From Thermoplasmatota archaeon (GTDB lineage Archaea > Thermoplasmatota > Penumbrarchaeia > Penumbrarchaeales > Penumbrarchaeaceae): 64,000 nucleotides of DNA. Position 1 is the stretch's first letter; each line of letters opens with the position of its first letter. The notes under the pieces are model-generated. The model was not told the origin of the DNA and searched no databases. It saw only the letters and a program-made list of their open reading frames with translations. The stretch covers positions 1 to 64,000 of the forward strand of contig JARVGK010000016.1 of the NCBI GenBank assembly GCA_029762535.1, written 5' to 3'. This document shows, in pieces, positions 47,802-58,019 of the stretch. The translations under genes were made by a program, and so were the position numbers.

Positions 47802-48779
47802 TCAATCGCGTTCGTGAATGGAGGCGCTGACGATCCTTTCGAAATCCCTCTTCCACTTGATATGTCGATAAAGGCGGATAGAGCCGTATGAGATGAAACC
47901 GAGCAAAGCTACCAGTACCGCCAAGGTCCCCCAAATGAAATAGAGGTTCGAAAAGACCGTGTCCTGCAAAAAGGAGATCGCCCTTTTCTCAACGGTTATC
48001 GTCAGGGCAGCGATGCTCTCCTCCGGATCGGATGTGCCTTTTCCGTTCGAGTTCGCCTCGACCCTGATGAAGTAATTCCCTCTTCTGGCCCCGCTTGCGC
48101 TCACGATGACATCGACCAGAACGGACCCGCCTTCGGGAACCTCGATGATGTCCTGATCGAGTTTGACGTGTATTCCCGTCTCCTTCAGGACCTCTTCGTC
48201 GATAACGGATAATTTATACGCATCGTTGGCGTTCCCGGTGTTGTTTATCCTCATGGGGAATGTGAGGGTCTCACCCTCGGACATCTTTCCGAACGGAGTT
48301 GGAAAATACAGGTCCGCTCCGTAATAAGGCTGTATATTGATGCTAGAGCTGTCCCCCTCCACAGGAACGGTCGCACCGGAAGGATACATCCTTGCGGTCC
48401 CGCTTATGACCAGGTCGCCTCTCAGTAAAGAGGAGGTGGAGGGAGCAACGGTCATGTTACCCAAGACCGTCGCTTCGGGGCTTTCCCTGCTCAGACTGAT
48501 CTCATTGGTCGAGAGATATATGTTCAGGAACGAGGGGCGAGCGGCCTCTATCACCACATCCACCCTTTCCATCAGTGGATTGTTCGGATACGGCAGATAG
48601 ATCCGTATCGATACGGATGCGGAGCCGTTGCCATCGGGGCTCACATCAAAGTAGATGATGTCCTGGGCAATTTCTATCCTTACGATGAAGGCGGATGCCG
48701 CATTAGATGCGGGGATGATGCAATTACCTATTAGGAAGATCAACGCTGCGGCCATAGGGATGCTATGCCTTCCTTTCAT
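47802..48779 (-). CDS. Membrane-anchored Ig-like (NEW3/CARDB-like) exported protein
   Basis: Signal peptide, INNTGNANDAYKL, C-terminal TM. Confidence 0.75.
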   Translation of the reverse strand: MKGRHSIPMAAALIFLIGNCIIPASNAASAFIVRIEIAQDIIYFDVSPDGNGSASVSIRIYLPYPNNPLMERVDVVIEAARPSFLNIYLSTNEISLSRESPEATVLGNMTVAPSTSSLLRGDLVISGTARMYPSGATVPVEGDSSSINIQPYYGADLYFPTPFGKMSEGETLTFPMRINNTGNANDAYKLSVIDEEVLKETGIHVKLDQDIIEVPEGGSVLVDVIVSASGARRGNYFIRVEANSNGKGTSDPEESIAALTITVEKRAISFLQDTVFSNLYFIWGTLAVLVALLGFISYGSIRLYRHIKWKRDFERIVSASIHERD

Positions 48780-48878
48780 GGCGCATATAAAACCCTGGTC
48801 GCTAATAAGTATTACTTTATTTGGGCTCGATCGATCATGGCCTTGATCATGCTTTCGGGGCAGTGATCGGCTTACACC

Positions 48879-50006
48879 TTATTTGAAGGCCCATAGCTTC
48901 GATCCCAGATAGTTAAAGGCGGTAACGATGACTATCACGAAGAACAGGAGTATCTGATATCCAGGCACCCCTCTGACCCCCATGATGTCCACCCCTATAT
49001 AGAGGAGCATACTTCTCATGGCGAAAGCCGCTGATGCCACAATGAAGAACTTGACATATTGGGCCACCCCAGAGCCGGAGGATGCAGCGAAGGTCCAATA
49101 CCTGTTCCACAGGAAGTTCCAGGTAAGGGCCGCAATGAACGACGCACCCTGAAAGAGGTAAAAGGACCTGAGATGGAGGTTGCCTCTTATTTCGATCATA
49201 CCGTCCCCGAATGTCAACAGCAATAGGGACAGGGCCCCAATATCGACGATCAAACCTGATCCACCAACAGCAAGGAATTTCAGGAGTGGTGCGGAACCGG
49301 GGTGCAGATACAGCTGCAGGAGATGAACCAGATAATTGAGGATGACCCTGCTTCCCAGCTTGGATTCTCCCACCTCTCTGTTCTTGAATACGATGGGTAC
49401 CTCCTTCAGTTTGCCGTACCTGCCCTTGACGAGTATTTCGAGAAGGATCTTGTATCCTTTCGCTTTCAAGGGAGCTTCGCGTATCACATCCGGTCTCATT
49501 GCGAAGAAACCTGACATGGGGTCCGACACTCTGGTCAGAGGTCTCGACATGAACGCCGCACCCTTCGATATTATCCTCCTGTGAAGGGGCCACTCTTCGA
49601 TGCCGCCTCCTTTGACATGCCTTGAGCCTACAGCGATATCCGCCCCTTCATGAGCAATGGCCCGATACATCTGGGGGACGACCTCCGGAGGATGGGAGAG
49701 GTCCGCATCCATCACGAGGAGGACCTCCCCCCTTGATAGGTGAAAACCCTCAATTACCGCAGGAGAGAGACCATGGTCCGCCTCCCGCTTGATACATCTC
49801 GCCTCGGGATGGTCCTTCGATATCCTCTCGACCTCGGCGGCCGTCCCGTCCGGGGAGGAATCATCCATGACCAATATCTCGAAGCTGATGGATCCCTTCG
49901 ATAGGATATCGCAAAGACGGGGTATGAGCAGGGACATGTTTCCCTTCTCGTTGTAAGTGGGGATAATGACCGATAGGCTAGGCTTTCCTTCTGCCATCAA
50001 TATCAT
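48879..50006 (-). CDS. GT2 dolichol/polyprenol-phosphate mannose synthase-like protein fused to GtrA domain
   Basis: IIPTYNE, DDSSPDGT, MDADLSHPP, DPMSGFF, and GtrA motifs KFLAVG / NFLWNRYWTF. Confidence 0.92.
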   Translation of the reverse strand: MILMAEGKPSLSVIIPTYNEKGNMSLLIPRLCDILSKGSISFEILVMDDSSPDGTAAEVERISKDHPEARCIKREADHGLSPAVIEGFHLSRGEVLLVMDADLSHPPEVVPQMYRAIAHEGADIAVGSRHVKGGGIEEWPLHRRIISKGAAFMSRPLTRVSDPMSGFFAMRPDVIREAPLKAKGYKILLEILVKGRYGKLKEVPIVFKNREVGESKLGSRVILNYLVHLLQLYLHPGSAPLLKFLAVGGSGLIVDIGALSLLLLTFGDGMIEIRGNLHLRSFYLFQGASFIAALTWNFLWNRYWTFAASSGSGVAQYVKFFIVASAAFAMRSMLLYIGVDIMGVRGVPGYQILLFFVIVIVTAFNYLGSKLWAFK

Positions 50007-50019
50007 CCTTTACGGTTAC

Positions 50020-53000
50020 TTACTCCTTCTTCGACGGAACTGGAGGCACGGGAGGTGCCGGAGGGGCCGCCGGAGGAGGAGGTATGGGTTTGGGCTGTGC
50101 CGCTGGAGTCGGAGGCGACGTCTGAGGAGCAGTGACTTCGGGGCCCTTATCCGGGGTGATGGGTGGCTTTACAGGTGCGGATGGGACCGTTATGGTGGAG
50201 GGCTGCAGTGTCGCAGCTGGCGGAGGGGGCGTGTAGCCGTCCTTTGCCACAATGGTCTTGGTCGCTCCCGAGCGGACCTCGTCATCCAGTATGCTCTTCT
50301 GCTGCTTCTTGTCCTCGGCCTTCATCTTTTCTATGAGGTCCAATTTCCTTGCCTTCTCCTTCTTGATCTTCATCATGTTCAGAACATTCAGTCCTATGAA
50401 CACCATGAGGAGGAGGAAGTAAAGGGCTGCGTAACCGATGATCCCCGCTCCCAGTCCGAAGCCGAGGTCCTCCACTGAGAATATCTTTCCGACTATAGAT
50501 GTCGGGAGCTCCGGCGGGTCATGTGTGACCGTTACCCTGTAAACCTTCTCGGTGATCAATCCCTCCAGGTCCTCGGCTACAACGGTCACCGTGAACTTGC
50601 CAACATCGTTCGGGGTTACGTCCTTGACGTCGAAAGTATAGGAGAAGCCAATTCCACCCTTCTCCGGTCCGAAGGCGGTCTCGGTCGATCCTCCCTCCTT
50701 CCTGATGAATACCGTTACCGTCAGGTCCATATACGACCTTCCCTGGGTGAATAGATCGCTATCCTGGTCGCTGAACTTCGTGAAGTTGAAGACGACCGTC
50801 TTGGTATCGCTCTTGACGGTCTGCAGTACCCATGTAGGTTCCACGAACTCGACGTGGTTCAGGGTAGGGAGGCCCTCATTCTCCATTATGAGATCGATCT
50901 TCGGATAGTAATCCCAGGCCAGATCGAACACTATCCACGAATTGACGGACTTGAACCCGGCATCGTCTTGGAGGGTTACGGTCAAGTTGTATATGCCCTC
51001 CGGGTAATCGAGAAGAGTGCCCTTCTGTTTGCTTATATCGATGTCGAAATTGAGGAAGTATCCACCGGTCTCGTTCGCCTTCTTCACATCCGTATCCACC
51101 ATCGTCTTGTCGAAGAATTCGACACCGGTCTCGTACTTGAGGCTTATCATGGCCATTGTTATCCTCTTGCCGCTGCTGATAATATCTGACTGATAGTCCC
51201 GGTCGTACGCATTGGCCGTCACCTTGATGACAGGTGCCTGATTGGTAACATAGATATCCAGAGCCTGCCTCACAGCAGGTTCTGTAACACCCCTGGAATG
51301 CTGGACCTGCACCGATACGAGCACGGGCCTGTGGTTAACTGCGTTCCTGTCGAAGACGAGGTTGAAATCCTTTCTCACCTCATACAGCGAGTCCTTGGCA
51401 ACAAGGCTGAATGATTTCTCTCCCTGGGCTTCCGTCTCAGTATCGAGTTCTATGGTCCACGTGCTGTAGGGTGGAGCGCCTTCTGGAGCCGTGCTTCTGG
51501 CGTTGGCGATGACCCTATCCCCCTCGTAGAGGATAACTTCCTGCATCGTGCTCACGGGCGATCTGGAACTGGCGACGCCCTCTATGGTGATCTCGCCTCC
51601 GACCGTCATGCCGTTTACGAACGGGGCGCTGTTTATCGTTGCGATGTTGAGATCTATTCTGGTTATGTTGATATTCACGTTCCTGTTGGATCCTTTCTTC
51701 GTCACGAAATTCTCCATCAGGACCTCTTCGGACCTCTCCCTTACCTGGCCGAATATCTCAGCCTCGAAGCGATACTTCATCCTGTCGACGTTGATCCTTC
51801 CTTCGACCTCGATCTCAGCCTTGCCCTCCTGGTCCGTTAAGTATTCGGCGCCGTTCCTCGGATATGGCACGGGATCATCACCCCTGTACCACTGAACCCT
51901 GGCCCCGTCCAGGTTCTCCCCGTAAATATCGCGTACCCTGACGAACGCCCACCAGAAATGCCTGATCGTGGTCGAGCCCTCTGGACTGGGAATGTTATCG
52001 CCGACATCCACTTGATGGAACTCGGCCATGTTCGGTGCGTCGATTATCGTTGTTGATGAGATGTACCTGCTGAGTGAGATGAACCTTTCATCGCTATCCT
52101 TTTCGTGATCCACGAGGAATGAGCCTTTGTTGGATTTTGCGACGAGCCTCGATTCCGGGTTTCCCGTCTTCTGGGTGAACAGGCCGGGAACCGACTGTAT
52201 GTCGCTCTTGTAGATGATTATATCGTTGGTGGCACGCAGAGATATCTCGGAAAAACCCCCCTGATTGCCCTCGAAGGAGGCGGATCCAGCGTCGCCCCCC
52301 TGCGCCCTCAATCCTACCGACTGTCCGATAGCGCCCGGAGATTCGGTAACCCTGACGCTGTCTCCCACTATGTAGATCCGGGCCTCTCCGCCCGGACCGG
52401 ACCTCATCCCTGCATTGTAATTGTCCCCGCCCTTGCCACCGAGCGCTTTGACCTCTGATCTATCGAGGGTTATCTCATTGGATCCCAAGGACTGAAGGGT
52501 GATATAGGCTCGGCCTCCTGCGGACCCGTAAGTGACCGTGTCCCCCTGCGCCCCTGTTTGGCCGGAGACCGTTATCGTGGTGTTCTCGATCTTGAGCGGC
52601 TCCTCTCTGGATATGAGGACGAGCGATGAGTCACGGCCGGATTCGCCGAGCTTCGCCGGCGGGGTATCGTTATCCACGGTCAACGTGGCCCTGTTAAGGG
52701 ATATGCTATCGGCCTTTATGTTCATCACTCCCTTGCTGACCCTTATGAACGAGCCAGCCTCTATTACGAGAGATGTGTTGGTCGTATCCTCACGGCAGAT
52801 GAACTCCTCGACCTCGATCCGAACACCTCTTATGGTCAGATGGCCGTCGCTCCTTATGCGGATGGATTTGAATATCTCGTTCTTGTCCAGTACTACTGTG
52901 GTGTTGATCACCAGTTCCTCTCCGATCTCCCTCGTTGGGGTCTGAAAGCCCGTTGCTACGTTACTTGCGGCCGGTATCGCCAACAACAGGAACATGATCG

Positions 53001-53043
53001 CGAAGGATACAGCAGCATAGGTCCTCGTATCATTGATCATCAC
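50020..53043 (-). CDS. Large surface protein with TM anchor and Pro-rich cytoplasmic tail
   Basis: Signal peptide, Gly-rich beta-helix-like N-terminus, Ig-like C-terminus, TM, PPPPAAPP tail. Confidence 0.82.
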   Translation of the reverse strand: MMINDTRTYAAVSFAIMFLLLAIPAASNVATGFQTPTREIGEELVINTTVVLDKNEIFKSIRIRSDGHLTIRGVRIEVEEFICREDTTNTSLVIEAGSFIRVSKGVMNIKADSISLNRATLTVDNDTPPAKLGESGRDSSLVLISREEPLKIENTTITVSGQTGAQGDTVTYGSAGGRAYITLQSLGSNEITLDRSEVKALGGKGGDNYNAGMRSGPGGEARIYIVGDSVRVTESPGAIGQSVGLRAQGGDAGSASFEGNQGGFSEISLRATNDIIIYKSDIQSVPGLFTQKTGNPESRLVAKSNKGSFLVDHEKDSDERFISLSRYISSTTIIDAPNMAEFHQVDVGDNIPSPEGSTTIRHFWWAFVRVRDIYGENLDGARVQWYRGDDPVPYPRNGAEYLTDQEGKAEIEVEGRINVDRMKYRFEAEIFGQVRERSEEVLMENFVTKKGSNRNVNINITRIDLNIATINSAPFVNGMTVGGEITIEGVASSRSPVSTMQEVILYEGDRVIANARSTAPEGAPPYSTWTIELDTETEAQGEKSFSLVAKDSLYEVRKDFNLVFDRNAVNHRPVLVSVQVQHSRGVTEPAVRQALDIYVTNQAPVIKVTANAYDRDYQSDIISSGKRITMAMISLKYETGVEFFDKTMVDTDVKKANETGGYFLNFDIDISKQKGTLLDYPEGIYNLTVTLQDDAGFKSVNSWIVFDLAWDYYPKIDLIMENEGLPTLNHVEFVEPTWVLQTVKSDTKTVVFNFTKFSDQDSDLFTQGRSYMDLTVTVFIRKEGGSTETAFGPEKGGIGFSYTFDVKDVTPNDVGKFTVTVVAEDLEGLITEKVYRVTVTHDPPELPTSIVGKIFSVEDLGFGLGAGIIGYAALYFLLLMVFIGLNVLNMMKIKKEKARKLDLIEKMKAEDKKQQKSILDDEVRSGATKTIVAKDGYTPPPPAATLQPSTITVPSAPVKPPITPDKGPEVTAPQTSPPTPAAQPKPIPPPPAAPPAPPVPPVPSKKE

Positions 53044-53052
53044 ATCACCACC

Positions 53053-53463
53053 TCATATCCTTCTCCTGACAGAAAGATCGCTTGCCTTCGATCGGGTCGA
53101 GTCGTATAGCCGGTCGTTGAATATCATGAATATGAAGAAGGCGAAACCCGTCAGCATATAAAGGACCAATAATGTGATCGTCATCGTCAGGTCCTTGTCC
53201 TTGAAGAACAGTAGAGGCAGGGCCAGGGCGAAGAAGACCGCCATGAATATCGTGGAGAACTTCTTCCTTGCCTTGTATTTGTCCATTTGGGACCTGAGAT
53301 CCACAACCATCTTCCTGCGGATATAATCCTCGTCCTCCTGGACGACATCGTCCCTGTTGAAAGTGTATCCGCAATATTTGCAGGTCATCTTATCTTGCCT
53401 GGTGTCCTCCAGCTGCTTGTTGCAACCTGGACAATCCAATAATCTTGCTTTCTGGGGCGGCAT
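53053..53463 (-). CDS. Zn-ribbon + 2-TM membrane protein
   Basis: CPGC...CKYC followed by two TM helices. Confidence 0.75.
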   Translation of the reverse strand: MPPQKARLLDCPGCNKQLEDTRQDKMTCKYCGYTFNRDDVVQEDEDYIRRKMVVDLRSQMDKYKARKKFSTIFMAVFFALALPLLFFKDKDLTMTITLLVLYMLTGFAFFIFMIFNDRLYDSTRSKASDLSVRRRI

Positions 53464-53585
53464 GGGATCGGTTCGGATACTAGCTCAGTGGATAAATATC
53501 TTTTGACCCTTCCGGAGTTATTTCAGTGAAGAAATGGGTTTTTCCCGGGGAAATATTATCTAATCCATCGGACATACATTCCTCG

Positions 53586-54860
53586 ATGTCCAAAATAGAA
53601 TTCAGGGCTCTTCTGGAAGGGACGGGCGCTGTACACATGGAGAAGGCCGTCGATCGGTGTCTCGAAGCCTCGTCCCTATCGAGAGAGGACCAGAGAAGGA
53701 CCTGGGTCGCCCAGGACCGGGCGAACTCCTCGTTCCGTCTAGCTGGAAACGTATATTCCAACAGGGACAGGATAGCCTCTATACTGGGGGTGGAAAGGGA
53801 CAAGGTGCCGAGACTTATCCTCAGCGCGATGGAAGGTCCCGTACCCCCTCAGGACATATCCATTCCCGGCCTATACAGAACGGTGGAACCGGACGATCTG
53901 CCTATACCGACCTACTATGAGGGGGACGGCGGCCCTTACATCACCTCAGGGATCTTCCACGCGGTCCGTAAGGGCAGGGGCAATCTCTCTTTCCACAGGA
54001 TGATGTACCTTGGCGGAGGCAGGTTCGCGATAAGGGTGGTCCCTCGACATTTGAGGGCGCTGATGGACGAGGCACTATCATCCGGCCAGGAACTGAGGGT
54101 CTGCGTCTCCATAGGATGTGACATCGCATCGCTGATATCGGCCTCATGCTCGGCAAGATACGGCATGGATGAGTTCGAGATCGCATCCTCCCTGCACAGG
54201 TCCGCCACCGGAGAGCCTCTCAGGACCATATACGAGGACGGTCTCAGAGCCCCGGAAGGTTCCGAGATCATACTATACGGCAGGATCGGAAAGGAGACGG
54301 CCAGCGAAGGGCCTTTCGTGGACATCACGGGAACCGTTGATAATACTGGCATGGAGGGGCAACCGGTATTCACGGTTGATACGGCCTACGCCAGAGAGGA
54401 CCCCATTATGCACGTCCTGCTTCCAGGCGGATTGGAGCATTACCTCTTGATGGGGCTTCCAAAAGAACCCGCTATCCTGAGTTCCGTAAGCAAGGTCGTC
54501 CCCAAGGTCCATGCCGTCAGACTTACCGAAGGGGGCTGCTGTTGGCTTCACGGGATCGTCTCGATAACTTCACAGAAAAGCGGCGATGGGAAGAATGCTG
54601 CCATGGCGGCATTCACCGGGCATCCTTCGATGAAACGGGTCATGATCGTGGACGACGATATTGACATATTCGACGATGAGGAGGTCGAATGGGCCCTCGC
54701 GACAAGGTTCCAGGCGGGCAGGGACCTCGTTGTAGTTGAAGGAGCGCGAGGATCGACGCTGGACCCCTCCCTGGCAGAGGATGGGACGACCTCGAAGATG
54801 GGGATCGACGCAACGATGCCCTTCGGCGACAGGAGCGGTTTCAGGAGGGTCAAGGTATAG
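53586..54860 (+). CDS. UbiD family decarboxylase (candidate anhydromevalonate phosphate decarboxylase)
   Basis: DGGPYITSG, EGPFVDITG, GGCCWLH, VEWALATRFQ, GSTLDPS, KMGIDAT. Confidence 0.88.
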   Translation: MSKIEFRALLEGTGAVHMEKAVDRCLEASSLSREDQRRTWVAQDRANSSFRLAGNVYSNRDRIASILGVERDKVPRLILSAMEGPVPPQDISIPGLYRTVEPDDLPIPTYYEGDGGPYITSGIFHAVRKGRGNLSFHRMMYLGGGRFAIRVVPRHLRALMDEALSSGQELRVCVSIGCDIASLISASCSARYGMDEFEIASSLHRSATGEPLRTIYEDGLRAPEGSEIILYGRIGKETASEGPFVDITGTVDNTGMEGQPVFTVDTAYAREDPIMHVLLPGGLEHYLLMGLPKEPAILSSVSKVVPKVHAVRLTEGGCCWLHGIVSITSQKSGDGKNAAMAAFTGHPSMKRVMIVDDDIDIFDDEEVEWALATRFQAGRDLVVVEGARGSTLDPSLAEDGTTSKMGIDATMPFGDRSGFRRVKV

Positions 54861-55505
54861 ATGACGGGAGGATGGTCCAAGGTAGAGTATCCGCCCAGAT
54901 ACGGAATATGGTCATCAAGAGCCCTTCTCTTGATCATCGTATTGATCATAGTCAACACCTCCGGATGCTTCGATGTACACACGGCAAGGAGGATATTCTA
55001 TCCGGCAGAGGACGACAGCATAACGTTCGTCTCCGGTACCATCGCATCGGTGAGATACGATTATAAAGGCCCGATCGACGCGCTCGGAAGGGTTCAGGTT
55101 GGATCGGCGGAGTTCCACAGGGAGATCGATAATTTCGTGATCGCCGAGGGCGGAGGCAACCTCTACCTTTGGGTCCAGGTGCACTTCTTTCCCGACACCG
55201 GGAGCATGCTTGATTTCCCGCGGTATGTGAACGTCACGCTGATATTCATGCCAGAGGGAGAGGGTCCGAGGGTGATGATCTTCAGCCCTTACTTCTCGAG
55301 GGCCGGATCCGAGGTCGATGTCGCTGAATCCGTAGGAAATGTCGTTGATCCCGGCCCCGGGCTCTGGTCCCTCAAGGTGGAGGGCGTCGGAACATCGGTC
55401 ACATCCGGAGGGTCCACCTATTACGATTGGTTCAGAGTGACTGTGAACGGCGTCTATTCGGACAGGTCCTACAACAACAACGCCCCCGGCACGGTAGTGC
55501 CTTGA
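54861..55505 (+). CDS. Hypothetical lipoprotein
   Basis: Hydrophobic stretch followed by TSGCF lipobox. Confidence 0.7.
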   Translation: MTGGWSKVEYPPRYGIWSSRALLLIIVLIIVNTSGCFDVHTARRIFYPAEDDSITFVSGTIASVRYDYKGPIDALGRVQVGSAEFHREIDNFVIAEGGGNLYLWVQVHFFPDTGSMLDFPRYVNVTLIFMPEGEGPRVMIFSPYFSRAGSEVDVAESVGNVVDPGPGLWSLKVEGVGTSVTSGGSTYYDWFRVTVNGVYSDRSYNNNAPGTVVP

Positions 55506-55544
55506 AAATGCTTGAACAAGGTCCGATGAACGATTCGAGACCCG

Positions 55545-57107
55545 TCACTTATATAACTTGGTGAGATGGACCACTCTCTGCGGGAACGGTATGTTGATCC
55601 CCTCCCTTGCGAACCTGTAGAATATCCTCTCCCGCAGTTCGCTGGATACCCTCCACTGATCGTTGAAATCCTTGACCCAGAAAGTGACGGCGAAGAGAAG
55701 GGATGAATCGCCGAAATCGTTGAACCTGTAGAATGTTGCATGGTCCTTGTCCTCGAAAGTATCCGGATGTGCCGAGACCTCATCGATGAGGATCTGGCCC
55801 ACCTTGCGCGGATCGGACCCGTAGCTGACGCCCACGCTTATCGTCGTCCTGCCATACATGTCCGGCTCGCTGAGGTTCGAGAACAGGCGATCCGATATCC
55901 TGTTGTTGGGTATCGTAACGAGCTGATTGGTGAAGGAATGGAACATACGCGTGGACCGCAGGCCGATCTCCCGGACCTGATAGAGCTTGTCGTCCATCAT
56001 TATCCAGTCCCCTTCCTTGAACGGGCGGTCGAGCATCAGGGATATGCCAGAGAAGAAGTTCGAGAGGGTGTCCTGGGCGGCGAAAGCGATGACCAAACCG
56101 GCTATCCCCATACCGGCGATGAGTACTGTGACATCAACGCCCATCGTGTCCAGGACCATGATCCCGGCCAAAACCCACACGGCAACGAACATTACCTTGT
56201 CAAGGACCGGGATGAGGACGTCATCGGCCTTGGTCTCCGTCTTGGCGGACATGGACTTCAGACGAACGAATATTACGTTCTTCAGCAGTTTCACAGCGAT
56301 CACGGAGAGCAGGATGATGGCCGTTACCCTGTATATGCGGTAGAATGCTATGACCGTCCTCTCGGGTATAGTCAGCAGCGCGATCGATATCAAAAGCCCG
56401 TAGAGCATGATCACAACGAAGAAGGGGATCCTTATCGACCTGATTATGCTGAGGTCCAACCCCGGGAACTTCCGTGTGAGAATGGATATGATTATCCTGA
56501 TGAACAGCCAAAGAAGGGCGGTCAATAGGAACCAGATCGACAGGACCAATCCTGACTTGACCAGGGGCTGCTGCATGGGTTCGGGCAGGAAGCTTATGTC
56601 GATCTTAAGTCCTAGAACCTCGATCACATCGCCGTCGGTTATCAGAATTATCTGGTCCGGGGCGTCCTTGAGGAGTCGGATACCTTCGATCGGGCATTCG
56701 ATCCACTCCTGCCCTGAACCCTGGCCCCCGATAGATATCACAGTTACGTTGAACTCAGCTTTGGCCCCCCTCTTCAGCTGCGATGTCCAATCCCCCAGAA
56801 CCGTCAAATTGTGCCGGTACATCCCGCCACCCGTGGACTCGAACCAGATGATCGTGTCCCCGTTCCTGTCCAGTTTGGACATGGAGATGGTATCGAGGAA
56901 GAGAAAAGTGTCTTGGGGTTCCAGCCCCCTGAATTCCCTGTTATCGGGGTTGTAGAGGGCCATCAGATCGCTGAAGTCCATCTCATCGCTGCCAAAGTTT
57001 AAGGCGTTCGCGGATCCCATCATCAGGGACAGCGCCCCGATGATGATCACGAAAGAGATGACCTTGGCGATCCCTGGACCCATGCCCTCTCCGATGCTGT
57101 TTATCAT
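55545..57107 (-). CDS. MscS mechanosensitive channel with N-terminal extracellular domain
   Basis: AFAAQDTLSNFFSG, DRPFKEGDWI, IGLRST, IPN, GINIPFPQR. Confidence 0.92.
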   Translation of the reverse strand: MINSIGEGMGPGIAKVISFVIIIGALSLMMGSANALNFGSDEMDFSDLMALYNPDNREFRGLEPQDTFLFLDTISMSKLDRNGDTIIWFESTGGGMYRHNLTVLGDWTSQLKRGAKAEFNVTVISIGGQGSGQEWIECPIEGIRLLKDAPDQIILITDGDVIEVLGLKIDISFLPEPMQQPLVKSGLVLSIWFLLTALLWLFIRIIISILTRKFPGLDLSIIRSIRIPFFVVIMLYGLLISIALLTIPERTVIAFYRIYRVTAIILLSVIAVKLLKNVIFVRLKSMSAKTETKADDVLIPVLDKVMFVAVWVLAGIMVLDTMGVDVTVLIAGMGIAGLVIAFAAQDTLSNFFSGISLMLDRPFKEGDWIMMDDKLYQVREIGLRSTRMFHSFTNQLVTIPNNRISDRLFSNLSEPDMYGRTTISVGVSYGSDPRKVGQILIDEVSAHPDTFEDKDHATFYRFNDFGDSSLLFAVTFWVKDFNDQWRVSSELRERIFYRFAREGINIPFPQRVVHLTKLYK

Positions 57108-57116
57108 ATAAATAAA

Positions 57117-57923
57117 TTAGACCGGGCGAATTTCTTCGACCCTGATCAACTCGATATCGTTATGCTCTCTTTCGAAATACTCGCTTATGGACCTCAAGGA
57201 GTGGGGGGTCCCGAAGGCCAATATCGGTCTGCCTCGCATCAGATACCCGGCCACGGTGCTCTGGCTCGGCATCTCCAGATGATATTCGAAGTCGCTTCTG
57301 ATGAGCATCGCCGCCGATTCCATGTCAAGGGCGGCGACGATTACCCGGTCCGAAGATGGCCCCCCTCCCATGGACCCTATCCCTTCTATGACCTCAGGGG
57401 GCAATCTAGCCGATCCGCCTCCGGAGCGGGCCGGAGGCACCTCCACAAGGCGGAGAGGCGGGATCTCCATATCCACCAAGCCCTGCAGGTCCCCGACCTG
57501 GACCATGCCCCCGGGCGAAGCGTCCGTCTCAGCGATCCCCGATGAGGACCCGGGCCCTTCTCCTGCATAGAGGAGACCTCTTTTCATATAGAGGTTGACC
57601 TTCATGCCTTTGCGGACCTCTCCCTCCGAGATGGCATCCGTCGAGCGTATTATCTCCAGGTTCCCTATGCTCGTATCGGCGAATCCCTTTAACTGGAGCA
57701 GGCTGCTTTGCAGGTATTCCATCCCTTTCGCGGTCGCGTTCAGCGTCCTGCCGTCGCGATGGACAAGCCCCTCCTTCTCCATTTCCCTCAGATGCTCGGA
57801 TGCGCCCTGCGACGTGATCCCCACCGTTCTCGCTATAGACGCGCCGTGCTTCAGGCCGTCGAGCAACATGGACCTCAATATCAAGAGCCTCGTAAGCTGT
57901 CCCTTCATCCTCAGGAGTTCCAT
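57117..57923 (-). CDS. Winged-HTH transcriptional regulator (COG1497-like)
   Basis: IARTVGITSQGASEHLREMEKEGLV, VNLYMKRGLLYA. Confidence 0.8.
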   Translation of the reverse strand: MELLRMKGQLTRLLILRSMLLDGLKHGASIARTVGITSQGASEHLREMEKEGLVHRDGRTLNATAKGMEYLQSSLLQLKGFADTSIGNLEIIRSTDAISEGEVRKGMKVNLYMKRGLLYAGEGPGSSSGIAETDASPGGMVQVGDLQGLVDMEIPPLRLVEVPPARSGGGSARLPPEVIEGIGSMGGGPSSDRVIVAALDMESAAMLIRSDFEYHLEMPSQSTVAGYLMRGRPILAFGTPHSLRSISEYFEREHNDIELIRVEEIRPV

Positions 57924-58019
57924 TTCAACGCCTCGTAAAATATTTATAAACGCTGAGGATATGGGGGAAAGACTACTTTAACTTTGTCAAGCAAACCTGA
58001 TTTATGTATAATGTGATCT

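Noticed and set aside
54858-54863. In-frame TAG-ATG junction between UbiD and the next gene (possible pyrrolysine read-through); similar TGA-ATG at 4667-4672
   Set aside because: Both upstream proteins are complete, the downstream gene has its own signal peptide or domain start, and no pyl/sel genes are present. Simple translational coupling explains it.
57924-58019. Cobalamin riboswitch upstream of the Btu-like ABC operon
   Set aside because: The intergenic region is under 100 bp, holds divergent promoters, and has no B12-box.
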